The position numbers were made by a program, and so were the translations under genes. From Octopus sinensis (lineage: Eukaryota), in NCBI RefSeq assembly GCF_006345805.1, contig NC_042998.1, positions 182,776,001 to 182,840,000 on the forward strand: 64,000 nucleotides of DNA, read 5' to 3'. The first letter of the stretch is position 1. Each line of letters opens with the position of its first letter. This document shows positions 1 through 14,344 of the stretch, piece after piece. The notes under the pieces were generated by a model. It had not been told where the DNA came from. It ran no database searches and saw only the letters and a list, made by a program, of their open reading frames with translations.

Positions 1-82
1 TATTTTTTGGCTATAACTCTCTAAAAATGCTTATATAGTTATTTCCCTTACAAACCCGAGCAACGCCAGGCGATACTGCTAG
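1..82 (+). mobile_element. 3' end of a non-autonomous Helitron (same family as 62685-63067)
   Basis: Ends AACCCGAGCAACGCCAGGCGATACTGCTAG|T (subterminal hairpin + CTAG); reverse complement of the start of the 62685-63067 copy. Confidence 0.85.
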
Positions 83-1499
83 TTCATTATAAACAGCTGG
101 TCCATATACCAGTAAAGAACATGTACACATACACACACACACACACATACGCACGCACACACACACATTCATACATACATACTTGCATATATACATGCAC
201 ACGTACATATATATGTATGTGTGTGTGTGTGTGTTTGAGTCGTGTGTGTACTGTGAGAACATTAGAATGTCTTGCGGTTGTCATTCCGGTTCCGTACTCC
301 TGAGTTCAAACCCCATTATGGTCAACTTTCAGGGTAGATTAAACTTTTTCATATCTCTCTCTCTCTCTCCCTCTCCTCCCCCTCTCCCCCCTCTCTCTCT
401 CTCTTTCTGAATCGGCCATATTACTTCTAAGGGGAAGGGACGCGGGCTACCACTCACTGGTTTCAAGATTTCATTTTCTTTTCGTTAAAACAGGTAATTC
501 TGACTTATTACATATAGGCACAGTACAGCGTCGAGGCTTTTATTACTGATTTACAGCGGGAATGAAGCACAATACATTGTTGGTGACTAGATACAAATCA
601 TCAGTCCAAAAGGCAAAAACATTCCTGGAGTTATTTTCTGCACTTGTGAGAAAAATATTGATATTAAAATTATATTATTCAATTCCTTGCGCCCTTGGTT
701 CCCAGTTCCCCGGTGAAAATGAAAGTACTTACTTCGTCCAAAGGAAATGTTTTTTAGGTCAAAAAGTAAAGGTGTTTGCCTTCAAACTGAAACTATTAGG
801 GGACGAAGTAAATAGCGGACTGTTGCCTAAGGGATAGATACTATAAATCATTCAGTATGATGTTCCCATTATTAGGTTGGACTCATCAAACTTTCCTAAT
901 TTAAGCGAGCAAGGCATTGTTATTGACTACCTAAATGTGACACTGATTCGAAATGCAACAGTGATTCGAGACCTAACTGCTAGACACTCGGTCAGACACC
1001 ACGAATGAGCCACCACTGTTTCACATGATCGGTCTATAAATCGACTAATCAGCGTGAGGCTGTGGTGTGTGACGGGTTTATTTTGACTGTTCTAGAATAA
1101 AAACTCTTGTCGCCTATGAAAACTATTTCTGGTGTACAATTAATCGCAAAGTGTTCAAAGTGGTTGACTGGCACACGCACCTCTGCTCTTACCATGCAGA
1201 TGGTTCTGTTTCATTTTCGCAGACAATTCCAGGTTCTCGAACTGACTCATTCTGAACATTCACACAATATCTCATAAGTAACTTTTACGAATGCAGTGTA
1301 GTTTCTCTCTCTATTTCACTCGTCAGTTATTAATATTGTTCATTGTAAATAGTCAACACCAAATATCATTATGTCCGGCAATGAATATTCAGTTAAATGT
1401 TCCCGAGTTTACTTTTGCTATTATTCACGGAGCCAATGCAATATATCTTCTGTGATCAACTCATAACATGCATATTAACAGAAGTGACTTAGAATGGTT

Positions 1500-2300
1500 A
1501 ACAACAAATACACGAGTTACAATTACTTTTCTACAAAATTATGTTTCCTATTCATCGCATTCGACTTTGTTCTGGTCACGGCAAAGACGGAGTCGTCTTA
1601 GTAGCATTATAGGCCACCGAGAAAATCAGTGCATCAGGACCTATAGCATTTATTTCTTGACTTCAAGCTACATCATACATAGATCGGAATTCGGCCCCTG
1701 CAGCTGTGAAACTCTGGACAATTTTCCACTGTGCCCATGCCTTAAGACGGCATTGGATGCAGATATGAAACTCTCTGAAGATTCGAGCCATACAGATGAA
1801 TATATTCGGAGGTGTACTAGATGAGTTTGTTGCAAGAAATCGCTACTGCGATTCTGCATTGTTGAGCGTATGACTTGGCGAGCATGAGCCTAATAGCATT
1901 TGAGTGCTAACTGGAAGAAGTACTGTTGTGATATATCCGCAGGGAATTTTATTTAACATCAAGTCCAGTTCTGTGTTTTCGGTGCCACTTTTTAAAATAA
2001 CGCATTTTGGACTATTATTTAAAACTGCTTGGTCTGTGGATCATTAAGAAAGTTCACAAAAATTTCACTTTTCGTCTCAAGAAAACATTTTCACTTTTTA
2101 ATCTAAAAAGCATCTACTTCTGACAAAGTAAACACTCTTACTTTCATGGAACCCTGGAAATGAAGAAGCACCCAGAGCCTGAAGACTACTAAGCATTCTT
2201 TTCTCCTAGTTGGTCTTTTGATGCTTCCTTCATTAAATATCTGAGCACAAACTGCTCCCATTTTTTTAATGCAAGTAACGTGGAAGAATAATTCATTTAC
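1500..2300 (-). pseudogene. Possible highly decayed hAT-like transposase fragment
   Basis: Minus-strand translation GKLSRVSQLQGPNSDLCMM*LEV resembles the hAT LS..LQ....DL motif; many stops, weak support. Confidence 0.3.
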
Positions 2301-3345
2301 TGACCAATAAATATGTAACGAAAATAATTGTTTTGATGTAGTTACCAATAATTGTAACTAGATATTAATTTGTAACACGAGAAATTGATTGGTGAACAAT
2401 ATTATGATTTGTTGATAGTCAGCTGGTGTGACGATAAGAACTTGTGGTTATGATGGCATACTGTAGGATGTGAAGTGATAGACAATATATGAAGTTTTAA
2501 GAAAAGTATATATTGACCGTTACGTTACAATACCTTACCTCGACGGGCAGGTTGATAAATCCAAAAGCATGCGAAAGTTAAGTTTGCTGTGGTAGAATGT
2601 TTCTTTACATGCTTTTACGTATACGAATAGATAGTAGTAATTCACAGATAGCGATAAAATGATGTTGTAAGAGAACTGAGTTAGAGCTAGAGAGAAGTGT
2701 TAGGTGTTGTCTGACAGTAAACTTCATTTTCCCCTCTGACCAAGGTTCTAGCTGGTCAGCCAAACTTCGTCGTCACCGAAACAGCTACTTGGTTGAGTTG
2801 TCACCCAGCTGGTGACTAACTGATTTTTGCTTGGGATGTGCTTGCTTATATTAAGATCCAGAAGGATAGATATATCGGTTAAGAACAATAGATTTAGTTG
2901 GTGGTCTTGTTATCTATTCTAGCTTTTAGTGAAGTAGAAGAGGTTAGAAAGACATTAATTTCGGCCAAGCTAAAAGGCATCTGGAAGATGAAAAAACTGC
3001 TGTCAGAGAAAAACCATTGTTTCACCGTGGGAAAAGTTCTGTAGCAGTGTTGATTTAAATTTGTCCATGGTGGATCGAATCCACTTCATGTATGCAAGAT
3101 TCGCTACAAATAATATATTTAAGCAAAACAAAACAAAAAAAAACGGCACAATCTCTTGAAAATAAGCAAATTCTACACATTCAGCTACACGAAAACCATT
3201 ATTTCCTCAAAGAACAGCCAGTGATACCTGCTACATTAGCCACTTTATTTTATGGTTTAGCCCGTACACTCCAATTTTGTTCGAATTTTTTGCACTAATG
3301 TGGTTTTGTATGCTAATGGTGACAATCACTTTCATTTTGACTACA

Positions 3346-3388
<43 letters not shown>

Positions 3389-4043
3389 TCAATTGGAAGC
3401 CATTATTATCGACATACCGGAAGTCAGAATTTTCTGCGTTAACAAAAGGAAAAAGAAACCTTGAAAGATTTTTTCCCCATAAACAAAATGAATTTAGTGA
3501 AAGAAAGTTATTACGCATCATAGAAAAAAATTCGTCTAAGAAAAATATATATTTGAAAGTAACTGCAAATTGAAAACTTATACATATACATACATGGACT
3601 CACATATATGCATACATATATTTGATTGGGCAGATACAACTCTATTCATAAATTTCCTTTTTGTAAAATTTCAAATAAATTTTTGCTTACGGATTTTTAA
3701 TTTGAAATTTCAAGTATTCGTTTACCTTTCAAGAAATGCTTTCATCTCTACAATGCTAACGTAGTACCTTTAAAAAAAATAGGTTGTTCAGCAATAAAAA
3801 GTAATCTATTATAATGACATTCAATAACTGATTTTTTAGCATTTACATATTCACCTCACTTCTCGGGACACCCAAGTCTATTTTTGTACTTTTCTGGATT
3901 GATTTGCTTTCATTGAAAATGTTATGTTTTTTTTTTTAACATAGAAAAGAAATAAATGTTGTGTAAAGTTCTGAAATGAAAGAAAGAAAGAAAACTCGCC
4001 AACTACAATGAAATTCTGTTCTACAATTTTAGTAGCTACACCA

Positions 4044-4272
4044 TAACCCTAATGTGATCGTAAAGCTAAACTGTAAACCCTAATCCTAATCCTAAACTGA
4101 AATCCTAACTCTAACCCTAAACTTAATCTAAAACCTAAACTCAACCGAATACTTATCTCAGCTCTAACCTTAAAACCTAATCCTAAACTCCAAGCCTAAC
4201 CACTAACCCTAACCTTAAGCCTTGATCCTAAACCCTAGCTCTAAACCCTAATCTTTACCCTAGACCCTAACC
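4044..4272 (+). repeat. Degenerate interstitial telomere-like (CCCTAA)n tract
   Basis: Many variant hexamers: taaccc, aaaccc, taatcc, taacct. Confidence 0.7.
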
Positions 4273-5549
4273 ATACGACTTACACTGGCTCAAACACCTG
4301 GCTAAAGAAACAGACGATAAGTGGGGCTTAAAATTTAAATTTAATAGGTTTTTATCTTGTTTTTTAATTAATTTCAGAAAAAAAAGAATTGTATTTTCAT
4401 CATTAACATGCAAAAACTATGTCGGTGTAGAAAATTTGAACAAAACCAGACGATGCAAGCAAAACCATAAAAATTACATGACATTCTTTCCTTAGGTGTG
4501 ATATTTTCAATCGAATTTAGTGAAGGAGAGCAGCAGGCCGGGGATAAAAGGCGCTAGAAATTTCAACATCAACCGGCACGAATGGGTTACCCCCAATACT
4601 GTCGCCACTGTTGAAGCCAACAGGCTCCGAATGTGACAGGAAATCAGCAGTTTCAGGGGTCACTTTAATGATACCATTCAATGTAGAGTAGCAAGGGGCA
4701 CGTTTCTCATTTCTTTTTTATGGATTTCCTTATAATTTTTAACAAACTAGGAATACTTTCAGAACCAACGAAAGTTTTCGTTAGCAATCTTCCCCTTGCT
4801 CTCAAGCCTTCAAATTACTGTTTAAGTCAGACAACTGTTTTATTAAAAGCGTTGTACGATTAGAGATCAAACTTCCTCTCCTACGGCATCCTACTATTAA
4901 CTGATTTAATTAAAATTTTAGGGTTGTCACCCCTCTTCTTTTTGATCAGAATTAATTATTTAGAGAATGATTGTATTCACCACAAAAAGTGATTTTTAAT
5001 AAAATTTCTACATAAAGTATACTAGCGCCCACTTCACGAGACTGATATAGTCAACTGTTGTACTTTAAGATTCATTCTTTAAAAGATTATATCGTTGAGA
5101 TAACGATGAAAAGAAATAATCAATGGGTGGGAGTGTTCAATTAAAAATTTATGTGAGAATATTTTGCACAAGTACATTTTGTCCAAACAAATTCTTTTCT
5201 TGTTACTGTTTTTGAAAAGAACGCAATGTATTAAAAAATTCCAGTAGTTATTTTTATATAGTTGTTTTTATAGCTTTAAACACCTGCCATATGTCCTTTA
5301 CTGATTCGATACATAATTTTCTTTGGATACTAACAAACATTCATGGGAAATATGTGGTTATTATTAAAAGTGTCACCAATATGTCATGAAGTTTCAAACA
5401 CGGTTTGAATTTTTAAAACAGCAAAATATTTTGAAACCAGGATACACTTGGTTCAATAAGTTGAAGGAATATTTTTCATGCAGAAAATGTTTCGGAGAAT
5501 AATCCTTATTTATCGACCATTTCCTGTTCATAAAAAATAATAAATAAGA

Positions 5550-5552
5550 GAA

Positions 5553-5634
<82 letters not shown>

Positions 5635-5812
5635 AAGAATAGATTCATTAAGACTCATTTACGAAATAATTCTCTCCTAAATATCTGTTGAAATAATCGA
5701 AACTTTCTGTCAGTTTTTCTGTCCTCTCTCTCTTTCTGTATATACATACATACATACATACATACATACATACATACATACATACACACACACATATATA
5801 TATATATATTCA
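5550..5812. repeat. (GA)n and (TACA)n/(TA)n microsatellites
   Basis: Directly visible. Confidence 0.95.
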
Positions 5813-6259
5813 TGGAGTAGTTCTCAAATAAATGAGAACTTTAAAAAAATTTAACTCCTTCATCAAGGGCAGGGGATTCTGGTATAGAAAGCAGACTGTA
5901 AGAACGATACTCATCGAGCGAGTACGGAAGTTAAAAGGCAGATAAACAAGCAGGCTTGACAAGTACATATACATAGGATACAGAATAAAGAATACAAAAT
6001 AAACAAAGCGATTTAGATAGTAGTCTTATTTTGACAGCTATTTCGGATGAGTCATTGCTTATGCCAAAACTATGTCTAGTCATGGTTCACTCGAAACAGC
6101 TGTCAAGATAAGACTATCACATAACGCTTTTTGTTTTATTTTGTGCTCTTTATTTTGTATGGCATTTAAATATTCTCATCAAACCTATTTGTGTTTATCT
6201 GCCTTTTTAGTTTTATATATATATATATATATATATACATACATACACACACGCATACA

Positions 6260-6560
6260 GGTGCAGGAGTGGCTGTGGTAAGTAGCTTGTTCACCAACCA
6301 CATTGAGCCTCAGTCCCACTGCATGGCACCTTGGCAAGTGTCTTCTGCTATAACCTCGAGCCGACCAAATTCTTGTGACTGGATTTGGTAGACGGAAACT
6401 GAAAGAAGCCCATCGTATATGTATATGTGCGTGTGTGTATGTTTATGTGTCTGTGTTTGTGCCCCCTCCAACATCCCTTGACAACCGATGCTGTGTGTTT
6501 ACGTCCTCGAAACAGCGGTTACGGTAAAAAAAAAAGAGACCAATAGAATAAGTGCTAGTT
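6260..6560 (+). mobile_element. SINE family A (tRNA-derived, CORE-like), diverged
   Basis: A-box-like TGGCTGTGG, B-box-like CAGTCCC, CORE-like TGGCACCTTGGCAAGTGTCTT; homologous to many copies in the window. Confidence 0.85.
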
Positions 6561-6660
6561 CTATAGTTAAGAGATGAGGAATTATTAATTATGTACATTA
6601 TTTACATCCTCTTCTTGTTCGTTGTTAACACAACGTTTTGGCTGATATACCCTCCATCCT

Positions 6661-6761
<101 letters not shown>

Positions 6762-7402
6762 GCTAAACCCTATTCATGTCGATATATATATCAGTGTCCA
6801 TAGTGAAGTAGGTAGTTTCTACACAGAAGTTCAACATTTCCCTCAAGTTTCTTATTGGTATACTAGTGCGTTCTGTTAGATGGGTGTCTGTCACTAGTTT
6901 TTCTTGAAACACCGATAGTGCTTCACTAGTCCTGGGGTCGATTTGCTCGACTAATGGCGGTGCCCCAGCATGGCCTCAGTCTAGTAAAAGAGTAAAAAGA
7001 ATATATATGCATGTATGTATAAACAAAATGATCTAGGAGAAATAACTCAGAATGGCCGGTGGCATATATGCCAACAACATAGGCAAAAACAGGTATATCG
7101 AATGCCATACAATATAAATTCTTGATTTTTTAAAATTATCTCCGCCTCTGGATGATATGTCATAATTACCATATGACAGATAAGACCATTTCCATAAGAG
7201 AATCAGGAATTCTCCAAAACTGACATGCCTTTAGGGAAAAGGACGGTTTGTTGTTTGGAGATAAGAGGTGAGTCGTGGACGCATGCTTCTGCTTCAGTAA
7301 GCATTGTTAGTCCGACAATTGTCCAACATTATCTCAAGTAGTCAAGAATAGAACAGGCTTATGGCCGAAGTAATTTTGCACACTTAAAACAAAAATGAGA
7401 CA

Positions 7403-7465
<63 letters not shown>

Positions 7466-7491
7466 TATATATATAATATATATATATATAT

Positions 7492-7950
<459 letters not shown>

Positions 7951-7994
7951 GTATGCTACAAAACGTAGAGTATGTGTGCGTGTGTGTGTGTATA

Positions 7995-8030
<36 letters not shown>

Positions 8031-8749
8031 TGTATGTATGTATGTACGTACGTACGTATGTATGCATACTTCATGACGTAAAAGTAAGAGATTGGAAGAG
8101 CAAAGAGAGAGATTTTGTAGTTATTTTCCCACTTTTCTGTTTACTGATTTACACTAAACTGTTCCAGAAGAATGCAAAATATAGTTATTATTTTTTGAAA
8201 ATTAATGTTTTATTTCTCAGAACTGGCCTTCAATAATTGATGTAATTAAATTGAACTTGATGTAATTAGATTAAACATTAATTGCAAGCCATAACTTAGA
8301 AGACCAAGTGTTCCATTATGGAGTGTAGGAAACAAATTTACCAATGAAACGTCACTTACCTGATCAAGCATACTGGAATATAATTACTGCATTGCAAAAC
8401 TTCATTTGTTAGTCAAAATTTATGCCTCCAAGGTTTCTCTCAGTTTTTATTTTTTGAAAGATATTTTGCCACGACGCAGTGAGAATCGTCTATAGCTATC
8501 GGACAGCTGAAAATTCAATTCATGAGATCTCACTCTAATCTGTTTTACTTACAATAGATCGCTGGACAATAAACAACATAACTGCACATTACCACAAATT
8601 TTATTACTTCACCCAATATTTTTCGTCTTGTCTTACCATTATGCTACACTGGTATATCTTGTCTTATTTACATAGCTGGAAATGTTCCAAATCGGTTATT
8701 AATCATACTATTACAAGACATGCATAATATCATGACAGCAGATTTATAT

Positions 8750-11700
8750 TATCCATAATATAAGACGCATGTATTTAATAAAGAAATGGATCTAGAGCTG
8801 CGCGTTGACAGAATAAAGTATGAAGAATAATGAATAAAATATTCTACAATATGTTAGTTCGTCTATCTTCTTTCACTTCTAGTTCTCCCAGGATTGTCTT
8901 TACACTGTTCCAGGACCAGTGATATACTGAAGTCAATTCAGTCAGCTTGCTTTCTTTCTCCACTATAATGTTGACTTTTAACAAGTCGACTATAATCAAT
9001 ATTCTGAATCTCTTTGGCAAGCAGTGAATAGTAAAAAGTAAATTTGTAAATTCCTGGTCGAATCTACTATGTAGTTTCAATTTATGATAGAAAACATTTC
9101 CCTTTCTTTAAGCCACAAACGATCTTCTGGTAAGGAAAACAAATTTGATTTCAATAACAATTGAAAACATGCCTTAGGTCCTAATAAGAAAGAAATAATT
9201 ACATTTATAGATTAATTCAAATAGATGTAAAGTTGGATTCTGAGTGAAAATTTTCACAAATATATAAATTAGAAAACAAAACAATTAAAATAAAATCTTT
9301 TCATTGAATCCAGTTTCACTACACACAAAAGGGAATTGAAAACGAACTTCACAATCTTGAGGTAATGGGAATTATAAGTCCATGTTTACCTGAATGTGCC
9401 AACAATGCATCACCAATTGTTTGGGTGCAAAAAACGGATAGAAAATTAAGAAAATGATACATTGAAACACGATACAAATTTTTTTATTTTCCAGCTCTTC
9501 ATCTTGAAACAATATTATTGATGTACAAGTAAAGTTTTTTTTTAACAGACTTTAAAAATGCACACTGGTATGATTGTTTCGATGTGAACTCTAAGAGATT
9601 GATTATGATAAATACAAGTAACGGTCTTTAATTAGTCGATATTCTTGAAATGTATCTAAAAAATAGCATCTCCATTTTATCACAGTAAATATTGTCTATT
9701 TTGAGAGGAATTACTAACATAATTATGTATAAGAATGATATTCCCATCGTTGCAGTAATCCATAATAAATTGAAGAATCGAGAAAATGCAGTTATTGCTA
9801 CATTCAAAGACGCCTATGTATTGATTAGCCCCAATAAATACATTAATTATGCATCTGAAGATTTCTTAGAAATGAATATTTCAAAAGACGAAATCAAAAT
9901 ATCAACCAGTTTAATAAGACGAGATCCAACGGATTAGTGTCTGTGAATCGAAAAAAGAAATTGAAGAATATTGTATTTCATAAACTATTATCGCCGGATT
10001 TTTATCGAAATTGACAGACAGTTTTATTTTCTTAACAGCAAGAAGGAATGCAACGATGAGTTGACAGAATAAAACACAGAGAACGAAATACTCCACACTA
10101 AATAGAAAGACGCATAAAGAACAGGCCTTTAACACGACAAAAGATATTACACAATACTCTATTTTGGCAAGATCTTCTATCAAGTGTGAAGTAACTTTTC
10201 ACTGTTGATACTTCCGAATTTGCATAGCAGGTGTAACATCTCAAAATAGAAAGCGCCTATAGTATATGTTAGTCGTACACTTGATGAGATTTTGTTGTTG
10301 GTAACAAAACGTTCCTATTTGATGCTCGAGATTGAACGCCAAATTTTATTTAGAGAGCGCACGAAAAGACCACGGGGTTGCCTTCTTTGAAGCTACAAGG
10401 ATCAACTCGAATCAACAGTGAAAGCCACTGGAACTGAGCCTAAATTGTTTGAAACACAAGCCCAAGACCGTACCAAGTTGTAGTATTCCATCACCCTCGG
10501 AACCAAAAACTTCGATATTATCAGAAGAGAAAATGAAAAAAAAATCAAACGACAGGAGAGAAAGGCCCAACAAAACCAACCTCGCCCACCACCATTTAGT
10601 CAATGCTACCAACTCATCTATGCAAAAATTATCACCATAAATGAAGCGTTTAACAAAAAAGAGACTAAATTCTCTGATACGAGATAAAGCCAACGATGAC
10701 GAAACTTCACAGTTCTCAGAGAAATTGGAGCAATACTGAACGTGAACCCTCTATATACCATGGAATTTTGAAAGTTTGAGACATTTTCTATATGAGAAAC
10801 CTTTCAGACTGGAAAATGGTCATCGGTCGTGGCAATTTGTTTTTCCAAAGTATTTTGGTGTTTGCAAGTGAGCTTCTCAGAAAATTACCAGGTGAGCTTT
10901 ACATGTTATATTGATACAATGTTCTTTACGAATACATTACATTGTGACTTTGATTACGTTGAATTAATTATTATTATCTTTTTTTTTTTTGATAGATTGT
11001 TGAAGACACCAAAAATCCCTTGAACACATGTACTCTTCATGTTCACTTAAAGGATCGCATTACTTGAATTCATTGGTATAGACCAACCCTTTTAGAGCGC
11101 CAACTTATCAAACATTATTTTGAACTAATTTTAGAGAACGTTTTATCTGCAATAAAAGCAGGCTGTAGGTTCCTGAATTTTAACGTGCAAAAAATTCACA
11201 ACACTCAATGATACAATATTTGTGTTACACAAATACTGAGGAAAGCAAGAATTGGTTTGCAGGACTAATTTTTCTACAGTTATCTTTTTTTATTTATTTT
11301 TACCTTTTATTTGTCTCAGTCATTAGATAGCGGTCTTTGGAGAATTTTTAGTCCAATGACTCGACCCTAGTACTTTTTTTCTCTTTAATGCATGTACTAA
11401 TTTTATTGTTTACTTTTGCCGAAGCGCTAAGTTACGGGGACGTAAACAAACGAAGGCTGGTTGTCAAGCAAAGTGCTACGTATTGGGACTGAACCCGGAA
11501 CTATGTGGTTGGGAAGCAAACGTTTTACCACACAGCCACACCTGAGCTTATTTACTAGTTACTGAGAAATTTGCTAGATTTTGTGAAAAATTTTTAAACA
11601 CTATTTGTATGATATATGGTCTGAATCACAGCTCTAGAAAAGATTCCACATGAACTGGGGATATGTACAAAATTCTGGAAATGCATTAATTATTGTTAGT

Positions 11701-12300
11701 TCAGCTACTTCTTAGCTCAAAGCTTTTTATTTTCAAGTAGGAGCTCGAAAAATGCAGAGAAATATTTATTTCTATTTTTGTAGATTTGGACTTCCAAAGA
11801 TAGTGGTATCAAACTATGAACCAGAATTCGTTTTATTAGAACGCTAGTTAAACAGTTTTGATTGCAAGAGAACTGAAATTCCTAGCCATTTCCTAATATC
11901 TAATTGCACATCAAAAAGAGCTGATCATTAAAAGGTTATAGTGTATCAATTGGCAAGTTTGTGTACTTGTTAATGTCTCTTTTCAGCCATCGTAGGGCAG
12001 TTTATCTCAAGCGAAGAAATTACTTATCAAACAGTTAAGAACAGTAATAAAACCATTGTTTTTCTTTTCACGAAGCTGGACAAATGATTTATTACAAGAA
12101 CAATATATTGAAATTTACTCCCCATTGCACATTATCTGATTCATGCAAACAGAAACACAATCAAGGCCCACTTGGCATCAAATGAACAAATAAACGTCCC
12201 AAAGCATATTTACTTATTATAATAATCCTATCCCCAAGCTATATCATCACCAACTCCTCCATCTTTAGTAGAACTGCCATTTGAACATGATTCCCTTAAA
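8750..12300 (+). pseudogene. Ancient Ty3/Gypsy LTR retrotransposon pol relic (PR-RT-RNase H-IN)
   Basis: ENELHNLEVMGIISP..ASPIVWVQKTDRKLR (RT start, ~9330); TDFKNAHWY..INTSNGL; YKNDI at the YxDD position; TVDTSEFA and VSRTLDEI (RNase H, ~10200-10290); RFHMNWGYV and RFGLPKIVVSNYEPEF (integrase, ~11640-11830); many stops and frameshifts. Confidence 0.85.
11305..11548 (-). mobile_element. SINE family A, internally deleted, nested in the Gypsy relic
   Basis: Reverse-complement homology to the head and tail of family A. Confidence 0.75.
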
Positions 12301-12544
12301 ACAAAGTTTCTAGCAGGCCAACACCATTGATTTCTTCGGCTGCTGCTAATATTCAATCTCCACCATCTCACAAATTGCCAACTCTACTATATCACAGCAA
12401 CTTAATGAGTCTTACGAAGCTTCTACGTAGGAGTTGCAGAATCGCTAAGGGAATCTGGAAGACACAAGATATTGCGGCTAATGCATTTTACTTTCCGTGG
12501 ATGTAGCAATGTTATACTTATAGTATTCAATTATTTATAAATCT

Positions 12545-12712
12545 GCGTAGGAGTGGCTGTGTGGTAAGTAGCTTGCTTACCAACCACATGGTTCCGGGTT
12601 CAGTCCCACTGCGTGGCACCTTGGGCAAATGTCTTCTACTATAGCCTCGGGTCGACCAAAGCCTTGTGAGTGGATTTGGTAGACGGAAACTGAAAGAAGC
12701 CCGTCGTATATA
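12545..12712 (+). mobile_element. SINE family A 5' half, cut at its internal (TA)n by the palindromic element
   Basis: GGAGTGGCTGTGTGGTAAGTAGC...GAAGCCCGTCG then (TA)n. Confidence 0.9.
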
Positions 12713-12714
12713 TG

Positions 12715-12751
<37 letters not shown>

Positions 12752-12755
<4 letters not shown>

Positions 12756-14281
12756 AAACAAGTCAAAAATAGAAAATGCTAAGATGATTTTATAGTGAAT
12801 CTTTCAGTACCGGTTTCGGTCATTTTGAGACCTTTTCAACTGTAACGATTAAATAATTAAATTTTGAAAAATTTAGAAAAATTATAAGAAAGGTTTTTTT
12901 AAAGGAATACTTCCATAGTAGTGTTCCGATATAGGTGGCATTCTGCCTTTCTCTGACTCCCTTGTTTGCACTTGTGTATTCGAGGTCGTTGTGAGTTCTT
13001 GAGGGGGTGGGAGTGGGAAAATCTGGGCTGGTCAGTGGCGACCGGCAGTCGCTGAATAGGCGTTATACTTAAAGACATTAGTGGGGGTAGAAGGTGGAGA
13101 AGTAGAAGAAGAAGAAGATGACGGTGCCGATGATGATGACGATGAAGAAGAAGGAGAAGGAGAAGATGACGATGATGATGGTGGTGATGACGATGACGAC
13201 GATGATGATGATAACGATGATGATGAAGAAGAAGAAGAGGAAGAAGAAGAAAAAAAACAGAGAAGGGAGAATATGAATGGGTGAAGATATAGCTGTTTTG
13301 GGGCGATTAGTAATGGATTCTATGGAATGTAATATTTGTGTGTGTATATATATTTCTTTTATTCTTAAGTTGAGGTATATTAATTGTTTGTCGTAGACCC
13401 GTTAAGAAGTGGCCTGTATTTATAATAAAGAGATTTTCTTTACTTATTCGTTGTCTCGAGGTTGTATCGTCCCTAAATTGGTAGAGGGGGGAAATTCTGA
13501 AGTTTCCCCCTCTACCAATTTAGGGACGATACAACCTCGAGACAACGAATAAGTAAAGAAAATCTCTTTATTATAAAATACAGGCCACTTCTTAAGGGTC
13601 TACGACAAACAATTAATATACCTCAACTTAAGAATAAAAGAAATATATATACACACACAAATATTACATTCCATAGAATCCATTACTAATCGCCCCAAAA
13701 CAGCTATATCTTCACCCATTCATATTCTCCCTTCTCGTTTTTCTTCTTCTTCCTCTTCTTCTTCTTCATCATCATCGTTACATCATCATCGTCGTCATCG
13801 TCATCAACCACCATCATCATGGTCATCTTCTCCTTCTCCCTCTTCTTCTTCATCGTCATCATCATCGGCACCGTCATCTTCTTCTTCTTCTTCTACTTCT
13901 CCACCTTCTACCCCCACTAATGTCTTTAAGTATAACGCCTACGCAGCGACTGCCGGTCGCCACTGACCAGCCCAGATTTTCCCATCCCACCCCCTCAAGA
14001 ACTCACAACGACCTCGAATACACAAGTGCAAACAAGGGAGTCAGAGAAAGGCAGAATGCCACCTATATCGGAACACTACTATGGAAGTATTCCTTTAAAA
14101 AAACCTTTCTTATAATTTTTTAAATTTTTCAAAATTTAATTATTTAATCGTTACAGTTGAAAAGGTCTCAAAATGACCGAAACGGTACTGAAAGATTCAC
14201 TATAAAATCATCTTAGCATTTTCTATTTTTGACTTGTTTTTTCATATATATCAACTCGTGTGTTCCTTTCCACCCTTATAC
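12752..14281 (+). mobile_element. Penelope-like element forming a ~1.5 kb palindrome
   Basis: Arms 12752-13494 and 13503-14243, loop TTCTGAAG, tail to 14281, (TA)n flanks. Near the centre the arm translates (with a frameshift) PLYQFRDDTTSRQRISKENL..IIKYRPLLN, resembling a GIY-YIG C-terminus; hammerhead near the 3' end. Confidence 0.8.
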
Positions 14282-14287
14282 ATATAT

Positions 14288-14343
<56 letters not shown>

Positions 14344-14344
<1 letters not shown>

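Noticed and set aside
3410-3430. ETS-like CCGGAAGT motif suggesting a promoter
   Set aside because: Isolated motif with no CpG-rich context or downstream exon evidence
8355-8506. Perfect minus-strand donor CAG|GTAAGT with an upstream acceptor (a similar donor lies at ~38200)
   Set aside because: All three frames contain stops and no partner exons were found; cannot support a gene
13081-13284. Acidic D/E-rich ORF
   Set aside because: (GAT/GAA)n tract inside the palindromic element arm
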